Origin: the human T2T-CHM13v2.0 reference genome, Homo sapiens | Length of the DNA stretch: 64,000 nucleotides | NCBI RefSeq assembly: GCF_009914755.1 | Contig: NC_060935.1 | Strand: one strand, 5' to 3' | Shown: positions 55,240-64,000 of the stretch, one piece after another | Layout: each line of letters opens with the position of its first letter | Numbering within the stretch: position 1 is the stretch's first letter | Program-made: the position numbers and the translations under genes | The notes under the pieces: model-generated | Told to the model about the DNA's origin: nothing | The model's input: the letters and a program-made list of their open reading frames with translations, nothing else | The model's database searches: none

Positions 55240-58200
55240 GCCTACTGTAGTAAAGGAAATAACTTCATCTAAAAACCAAACGGAAGCATTCACAGACAAT
55301 TCTTAGTGATCATTGCATTGAACTAACAGAGCTGAACATTCCTTTAGATGGAGCAGTTTCCAAACACACTTTCTGTAGAATCTGCAAGTGGATATTTGGA
55401 CTTCTCTGAGGATTTCGTTGGAAACGGGATAAACTTCCCAGAACTACACGGAAGCATTGTGAGAAACTTCTTTGTGATGTTTGCATTCAACTCACAGAGT
55501 TGAACCTTGCTTTCATAGTTCAGCTTTCAAACACTCTTTTTGTAGAATCTGCAAGTGGATATTTGGACCACTTTGTGGCCTTCCTTCGAAACGGGTATAT
55601 CTTCACATCAAACCTAGACAGAAGCATTCTCAGAATGTTTCCTGTGATGACTGCATTCAACTCACAGAGGTGAACAATCCTGTTGATGGAGCACTTTTGA
55701 AACTCTCTTTCTTTGGATTCTGCAAGTGGATATGTGGACCTCTGTGAAGATTTCGTTGGAAACGGGTTCATCTTCACAGAAAAATTAACAGAAGCATTCC
55801 CAGAAACTGCTTTGTGATGTTTGTGTTCCACTTCAGGAATTGAACTTTCCTCTTGACAGAGCAGCTCTGAAACCCTCTTATTCTAGAATCTGCAAGTCGA
55901 CATTTGGAGGGCTTTGAGGCCTGTGGTGGAAAAGGAAAATCTTCACATAAAAACTAGATGGAAGCATTCTCAGAAACTTCTTTGTGATGATTGCATTCGA
56001 CTCACAGAGTTGAACATTCCTATAGATAGAGCAGGTTGTAAACAATCTTTTTGTAGAATCTGCGATTGGAGATTTGGACTGCTTTGAGGCCTACTGTAGT
56101 AAAGGAAATAACTTCATCTAAAAACCAAACGGAAGCATTCACAGACAATTCTTAGTGATCATTGCATTGAACTAACAGAGCTGAACATTCCTTTAGATGG
56201 CGCAGTTTCCAAACACACTTTCTGTAGAATCTGCAAGTTGATATTTGGACCTCTCTGAGGATTTCGTTGGAAACGGGATAAACTTCCCAGAACTACAGGG
56301 AAGCATGCTGAGAAACTTCTTTGTGATGTTTGCATTCAACTCACAGAGTTGAACCTTGCTTTCATAGTTCAGCTTTCAAACACTCTTTTTGTAGAATCTG
56401 CAAGTGGATATTTGGACCACTTTGTGGCCTTCCTTCGAAACGGGTATATCTTCACATCAAACCTAGACAGAAGCATTCTCAGAATGTTTCCTGTGATGAC
56501 TGCATTCAACTCACAGAGGTGAACAATCCTGCTGATGGAGCAGTTTTGAAACTCTCTTTCTTTGGATTCTGCAAGTGGATATGTGGACCTCTGTGAAGAT
56601 TTCATTGGAAACGGGTTCATCTTCACAGAAAAACTAAACAGAAGCATTCTCAGATACTGCTTTGTGATGTTTGTGTTCCACTTCAGGAATTGAACTTTCC
56701 TCCTGACAGAGCAGCTCTGACACCCTCTTATTCTAGAATCTGCAAGTGGACATTTGGAGGGCTTTGAGGCCTGCGGTGGAAAAGGAAAATCTTCACATAA
56801 AAACTAGATGGAAGCATTCTCAGAAACTACTTTGTGATGATTGCATTCGACTCACAGAGTTGAACATTCCTATAGATAGAGCAGGTTGTAAACAATCTTT
56901 TTGTAGAATCTGCGATTGGAGATTTGGACTGCTTTGAGGCCTACAGTAGTAAAGGAAATAACTTCATCTAAAAACCAAACGGAAGCATTCACAGACAATT
57001 CTTAGTGATCATTGCATTGAACTAACAGAGCTGAACATTCCTTTAGATGGAGCAGTTTCCAAACACACTTTCTGTAGAACCTGCAAGTGGATATTTGGAC
57101 CTCTCTGAGGATTTCGTTGGAAACGGCATAAACTTCCCAGAACTACACCGAAGCATTGTGAGAAACTTCTTTGTGATGTTTGCATTCAACTCACAGAGTT
57201 GAACCTTGCTTTCATAGTTCAGCTTTCAAACACTCTTTTTGTAGAATCTGCAAGTGGATATTTGGACCACTTTGTGGCCTTCCTTCGAAACGGGTATATC
57301 TTCACATCAAACCTAGACAGAAGCATTCTCAGAATGTTTCCTGTGATGACTGCATTCAACTCACAGAGGTGAACAATCCTGCTGATGGAGCAGTTTTGAA
57401 ACTCTCTTTCTTTGGATTCTGCAAGTGGATATGTGGACCTCTGTGAAGATTTCGTTGGAAACGGGTTCATCTTCACAGAAAAACTAAACAAGAGCATTCT
57501 CAGAAACTGCTTTGTGATGTTTGTGTTCCACTTCAAGAATTGAACTTTCCTCTTGACAGAGCAGCTCTGAAACCCTCTTTTTCTAGAATCTGCAAGTGGA
57601 CATTTGGAGGGCTTTGAGGCCTGTGGTGGAAAAGGAAAATCTTCACATAAAAACTAGATGGAAGCATTCTCAGAAACTACTTTGTGATGATTGCATTCGA
57701 CTCACAGAGTTGAACATTCCTATAGATAGAGCAGGTTGTAAACAATCTTTTTGTAGAATCTGCGATTGGAGATTTGGACTGCTTTGAGGCCTACTGTAGT
57801 AAAGGAAATAACTTCATCTAAAAACCAAACGGAAGCATTCACAGACAATTCTTAGTGATCATTGGATTGAACTAACAGAGCTGAACATTCCTTTAGATGG
57901 AGCAGTTTCCAAACCCACTTTCTGTAGAATCTGCAAGTGGATATTTGGACTTCTCTGAGGATTTCGTTGGAAACGGGATAAACTTCCCAGAACTACACGG
58001 AAGCATTGTGAGAAACTTCTTTGTGATGTTTGCATTCAACTCACAGAGTTGAACCTTGCTTTCATAGTTCAGCTTTCAAACACTCTTTTTGTAGAATCTG
58101 CAAGTGGATATTTGGACCACTTTGTGGCCTTCCTTCGAAACGGGTATATCTTCACATCAAACCTAGACAGAAGCATTCTCAGAATGTTTCCTGTGATGAC

Positions 58201-61200
58201 TGCATTCAACTCACAGAGTTGAATAATCCTGTTGATGGAGCACTTTTGAAACTCTCTTTCTTTGGATTCTGCAAGTGGATATGTGGACCTCTGTGAAGAT
58301 TTCGTTGGAAACGGGTTCATCTTCACAGAAAAACTAAACAGAAGCATTCTCAGAAACTACTTTGTGATGTTTTTGTTCCACTTCAAGAACTGAACTTTCC
58401 TCTTGACAGAGCAGCTCTGAAACCCTCTTTTTCTAGAATCTGCAAGTGGACATTTGGAGGGCTTTGAGGCCTGTGGTGCAAAAGGAAAATCTTCACATAA
58501 AAACTAGATGGAAGCATTCTCAGAAACTACTTTGTGATGATTGCATTCGACTCACAGAGTTGAACATTCCTATAGATAGAGCAGGTTGTAAACAATCTTT
58601 TTGTAGAATCTGCGATTGGAGATTTGGACTGCTTTGAGGCCTACTGTAGTAAAGGAAATAACTTCATCTAAAAACCAAACGGAAGCATTCACAGACAATT
58701 CTTAGTGATCATTGCATTGAACTAACAGAGCTGAACATTCCTTTAGATGGAGCAGTTTCCAAACACACTTTCTGTAGAATCTGCAAGTGGATATTTGGAC
58801 TTCTCTGAGGATTTCGTTGGAAACGGGATAAACTTCCCAGAACTACACGGAAGCATTGTGAGAAACTTCTTTGTGATGTTTGCATTCAACTCACAGAGTT
58901 GAACCTTGCTTTCATAGTTCAGCTTTCAAACACTCTTTTTGTAGAATCTGCAAGTGGATATTTGGACCACTTTGTGGCCTTCCTTCGAAACGGGTATATC
59001 TTCACATCAAACCTAGACAGAAGCATTCTCAGAATGTTTCCTGTGATGACTGCATTCAACTCACAGAGGTGAACAATCCTGTTGATGGAGCACTTTTGAA
59101 ACTCTCTTTCTTTGGATTCTGCAAGTGGATATTTGGACCTCTGTGAAGATTTCGTTGGAAACGGGTTCATCTTCACAGAAAAATTAACAGAAGCATTCCC
59201 AGAAACTGCTTTGTGATGTTTGTGTTCCACTTCAGGAATTGAACTTTCCTCTTGACAGAGCAGCTCTGAAACCCTCTTATTCTAGAATCTGCAAGTCGAC
59301 ATTTGGAGGGCTTTGAGGCCTGTGGTGGAAAAGGAAAATCTTCACATAAAAACTAGATGGAAGCATTCTCAGAAACTTCTTTGTGATGATTGCATTCGAC
59401 TCACAGAGTTGAACATTCCTATAGATAGAGCAGGTTGTAAACAATCTTTTTGTAGAATCTGCGATTGGAGATTTGGACTGCTTTGAGGCCTACTGTAGTA
59501 AAGGAAATAACTTCATCTAAAAACCAAACGGAAGCATTCACAGACAATTCTTAGTGATCATTGCATTGAACTAACAGAGCTGAACATTCCTTTAGATGGC
59601 GCAGTTTCCAAACACACTTTCTGTAGAATCTGCAAGTTGATATTTGGACCTCTCTGAGGATTTCGTTGGAAACGGGATAAACTTCCCAGAACTACAGGGA
59701 AGCATGCTGAGAAACTTCTTTGTGATGTTTGCATTCAACTCACAGAGTTGAACCTTGCTTTCATAGTTCAGCTTTCAAACACTCTTTTTGTAGAATCTGC
59801 AAGTGGATATTTGGACCACTTTGTGGCCTTCCTTCGAAACGGGTATATCTTCACATCAAACCTAGACAGAAGCATTCTCAGAATGTTTCCTGTGATGACT
59901 GCATTCAACTCACAGAGGTGAACAATCCTGCTGATGGAGCAGTTTTGAAACTCTCTTTCTTTGGATTCTGCAAGTGGATATGTGGACCTCTGTGAAGATT
60001 TCGTTGGAAACGGGTTCATCTTCACAGAAAAACTAAACAGAAGCATTCTCAGATACTGCTTTGTGATGTTTGTGTTCCACTTCAGGAATTGAACTTTCCT
60101 CCTGACAGAGCAGCTCTGACACCCTCTTATTCTAGAATCTGCAAGTGGACATTTGGAGGGCTTTGAGGCCTGCGGTGGAAAAGGAAAATCTTCACATAAA
60201 AACTAGATGGAAGCATTCTCAGAAACTACTTTGTGATGATTGCATTCGACTCACAGAGTTGAACATTCCTATAGATAGAGCAGGTTGTAAACAATCTTTT
60301 TGTAGAATCTGCGATTGGAGATTTGGACTGCTTTGAGGCCTACAGTAGTAAAGGAAATAACTTCATCTAAAAACCAAACGGAAGCATTCACAGACAATTC
60401 TTAGTGATCATTGCATTGAACTAACAGAGCTGAACATTCCTTTAGATGGAGCAGTTTCCAAACACACTTTCTGTAGAACCTGCAAGTGGATATTTGGACC
60501 TCTCTGAGGATTTCGTTGGAAACGGCATAAACTTCCCAGAACTACACCGAAGCATTGTGAGAAACTTCTTTGTGATGTTTGCATTCAACTCACAGAGTTG
60601 AACCTTGCTTTCATAGTTCAGCTTTCAAACACTCTTTTTGTAGAATCTGCAAGTGGATATTTGGACCACTTTGTGGCCTTCCTTCGAAACGGGTATATCT
60701 TCACATCAAACCTAGACAGAAGCATTCTCAGAATGTTTCCTGTGATGACTGCATTCAACTCACAGAGGTGAACAATCCTGCTGATGGAGCAGTTTTGAAA
60801 CTCTCTTTCTTTGGATTCTGCAAGTGGATATGTGGACCTCTGTGAAGATTTCGTTGGAAACGGGTTCATCTTCACAGAAAAACTAAACAAGAGCATTCTC
60901 AGAAACTGCTTTGTGATGTTTGTGTTCCACTTCAAGAATTGAACTTTCCTCTTGACAGAGCAGCTCTGAAACCCTCTTTTTCTAGAATCTGCAAGTGGAC
61001 ATTTGGAGGGCTTTGAGGCCTGTGGTGGAAAAGGAAAATCTTCACATAAAAACTAGATGGAAGCATTCTCAGAAACTACTTTGTGATGATTGCATTCGAC
61101 TCACAGAGTTGAACATTCCTATAGATAGAGCAGGTTGTAAACAATCTTTTTGTAGAATCTGCGATTGGAGATTTGGACTGCTTTGAGGCCTACTGTAGTA

Positions 61201-64000
61201 AAGGAAATAACTTCATCTAAAAACCAAACGGAAGCATTCACAGACAATTCTTAGTGATCATTGGATTGAACTAACAGAGCTGAACATTCCTTTAGATGGA
61301 GCAGTTTCCAAACCCACTTTCTGTAGAATCTGCAAGTGGATATTTGGACTTCTCTGAGGATTTCGTTGGAAACGGGATAAACTTCCCAGAACTACACGGA
61401 AGCATTGTGAGAAACTTCTTTGTGATGTTTGCATTCAACTCACAGAGTTGAACCTTGCTTTCATAGTTCAGCTTTCAAACACTCTTTTTGTAGAATCTGC
61501 AAGTGGATATTTGGACCACTTTGTGGCCTTCCTTCGAAACGGGTATATCTTCACATCAAACCTAGACAGAAGCATTCTCAGAATGTTTCCTGTGATGACT
61601 GCATTCAACTCACAGAGTTGAATAATCCTGTTGATGGAGCACTTTTGAAACTCTCTTTCTTTGGATTCTGCAAGTGGATATGTGGACCTCTGTGAAGATT
61701 TCGTTGGAAACGGGTTCATCTTCACAGAAAAACTAAACAGAAGCATTCTCAGAAACTACTTTGTGATGTTTTTGTTCCACTTCAAGAACTGTACTTTCCT
61801 CTTGACAGAGCAGCTCTGAAACCCTCTTTTTCTAGAATCTGCAAGTGGACATTTGGAGGGCTTTGAGGCCTGTGGTGCAAAAGGAAAATCTTCACATAAA
61901 AACTAGATGGAAGCATTCTCAGAAACTACTTTGTGATGATTGCATTCGACTCACAGAGTTGAACATTCCTATAGATAGAGCAGGTTGTAAACAATCTTTT
62001 TGTAGAATCTGCGATTGGAGATTTGGACTGCTTTGAGGCCTACTGTAGTAAAGGAAATAACTTCATCTAAAAACCAAACGGAAGCATTCACAGACAATTC
62101 TTAGTGATCATTGCATTGAACTAACAGAGCTGAACATTCCTTTAGATGGAGCAGTTTCCAAACACACTTTCTGTAGAATCTGCAAGTGGATATTTGGACT
62201 TCTCTGAGGATTTCGTTGGAAACGGGATAAACTTCCCAGAACTACACGGAAGCATTGTGAGAAACTTCTTTGTGATGTTTGCATTCAACTCACAGAGTTG
62301 AACCTTGCTTTCATAGTTCAGCTTTCAAACACTCTTTTTGTAGAATCTGCAAGTGGATATTTGGACCACTTTGTGGCCTTCCTTCGAAACGGGTATATCT
62401 TCACATCAAACCTAGACAGAAGCATTCTCAGAATGTTTCCTGTGATGACTGCATTCAACTCACAGAGGTGAACAATCCTGTTGATGGAGCAGTTTTGAAA
62501 CTCTCTTTCTTTGGATTCTGCAAGTGGATATGTGGACCTCTGTGAAGATTTCGTTGGAAACGGGTTCATCTTCACAGAAAAATTAACAGAAGCATTCCCA
62601 GAAACTGCTTTGTGATGTTTGTGTTCCACTTCAGGAATTGAACTTTCCTCTTGACAGAGCAGCTCTGAAACCCTCTTATTCTAGAATCTGCAAGTCGACA
62701 TTTGGAGGGCTTTGAGGCCTGTGGTGGAAAAGGAAAATCTTCACATAAAAACTAGATGGAAGCATTCTCAGAAACTTCTTTGTGATGATTGCATTCGACT
62801 CACAGAGTTGAACATTCCTATAGATAGAGCAGGTTGTAAACAATCTTTTTGTAGAATCTGCGATTGGAGATTTGGACTGCTTTGAGGCCTACTGTAGTAA
62901 AGGAAATAACTTCATCTAAAAACCAAACGGAAGCATTCACAGACAATTCTTAGTGATCATTGCATTGAACTAACAGAGCTGAACATTCCTTTAGATGGCG
63001 CAGTTTCCAAACACACTTTCTGTAGAATCTGCAAGTTGATATTTGGACCTCTCTGAGGATTTCGTTGGAAACGGGATAAACTTCCCAGAACTACAGGGAA
63101 GCATGCTGAGAAACTTCTTTGTGATGTTTGCATTCAACTCACAGAGTTGAACCTTGCTTTCATAGTTCAGCTTTCAAACACTCTTTTTGTAGAATCTGCA
63201 AGTGGATATTTGGACCACTTTGTGGCCTTCCTTCGAAACGGGTATATCTTCACATCAAACCTAGACAGAAGCATTCTCAGAATGTTTCCTGTGATGACTG
63301 CATTCAACTCACAGAGGTGAACAATCCTGCTGATGGAGCAGTTTTGAAACTCTCTTTCTTTGGATTCTGCAAGTGGATATGTGGACCTCTGTGAAGATTT
63401 CGTTGGAAACGGGTTCATCTTCACAGAAAAACTAAACAGAAGCATTCTCAGATACTGCTTTGTGATGTTTGTGTTCCACTTCAGGAATTGAACTTTCCTC
63501 CTGACAGAGCAGCTCTGACACCCTCTTATTCTAGAATCTGCAAGTGGACATTTGGAGGGCTTTGAGGCCTGCGGTGGAAAAGGAAAATCTTCACATAAAA
63601 ACTAGATGGAAGCATTCTCAGAAACTACTTTGTGATGATTGCATTCGACTCACAGAGTTGAACATTCCTATAGATAGAGCAGGTTGTAAACAATCTTTTT
63701 GTAGAATCTGCGATTGGAGATTTGGACTGCTTTGAGGCCTACAGTAGTAAAGGAAATAACTTCATCTAAAAACCAAACGGAAGCATTCACAGACAATTCT
63801 TAGTGATCATTGCATTGAACTAACAGAGCTGAACATTCCTTTAGATGGAGCAGTTTCCAAACACACTTTCTGTAGAACCTGCAAGTGGATATTTGGACCT
63901 CTCTGAGGATTTCGTTGGAAACGGCATAAACTTCCCAGAACTACACCGAAGCATTGTGAGAAACTTCTTTGTGATGTTTGCATTCAACTCACAGAGTTGA
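55240..64000 (+). repeat. Super-HOR block: >=2.6 tandem copies of a SalI-marked 4-HOR unit (3399 bp), running off the window end
   Basis: GTCGAC at 55896/59295/62694, AAACGGCA at 57127/60526/63925, and a shared 1-bp deletion (AAAAATTAAC) once per unit. Confidence 0.92.

Larger units (their letters stand above)
1..64000 (+). repeat. D11Z1: Centromeric alpha-satellite HOR array, 850-bp 5-mer, ~75.3 copies; SF3 pentamer, most likely human chr11 D11Z1
   Basis: Alphoid motifs (CATTCTCAGAAACT..TGTGATG, GAATCTGCAAGTGGATATTTGG) recur every ~170 bp, and near-identical sequence recurs every 850 bp (ORF starts 241, 1091, 1941 ... 63128). There is typically one XbaI site per unit (TCTAGA 643-648). Alpha-satellite identity is certain. 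The chr11 call rests on established knowledge that the 0.85-kb XbaI 5-mer is D11Z1, whereas other SF3 arrays have longer HORs (DXZ1 12-mer, D17Z1 16-mer). Confidence 0.95.

Noticed and set aside
241-63735. Three recurring ORFs per HOR (about 88 aa +, 92 aa -, 63 aa +), some with Cys/His-rich CxxC-like strings
   Set aside because: They are translations of satellite DNA, mostly with TTG/GTG starts, overlapping on opposite strands and freely broken by stops and frameshifts. I recognise no domain.
1-64000. CRISPR-like repeat/spacer array
   Set aside because: There are no unique spacers and no cas genes; the entire 850-bp unit repeats.
1-64000. L1/Alu insertion, inversion or other non-satellite island
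   Set aside because: The 847-850-bp phase and strand are unbroken from start to end, and there are no poly(A) tails or target-site duplications.
1-64000. Assignment to DXZ1, D17Z1 or another long SF3 HOR
   Set aside because: Adjacent pentamers are nearly identical, so the basic HOR is the 5-mer. The 20- and 30-monomer periods are defined only by sparse variants.
1-64000. A previously undescribed gene-based biological system
   Set aside because: Nothing in the window is non-alphoid. Any novelty is limited to array microevolution.

Overview
The whole 64 kb is one uninterrupted, same-orientation primate centromeric alpha-satellite array. It holds about 75.3 copies of an 850-bp higher-order repeat (HOR) made of five 168-171-bp monomers in B-B-B-A-A order, with typically one XbaI site and two intact CENP-B boxes per HOR. 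This matches the suprachromosomal-family-3 pentamer, most likely the active human chromosome 11 array D11Z1 (recognised from established knowledge, no database search run). I found no genes, RNA genes, transposons, inversions or monomer-number variants. The ORF track is the same three satellite reading frames repeated every 850 bp. I found no novel gene system. The interpretable signal is in how variants are shared among HOR copies. It shows nested 'HOR-of-HOR' blocks (one 6-HOR unit and three 4-HOR blocks), an unequal-crossover breakpoint localised to about 52 bp, short conversion-like patches, amplified CENP-B-box knockouts, a variant that perfects a quasi-palindrome, and one unusually mutated HOR. 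All variant comparisons were made by eye and need alignment-based confirmation.
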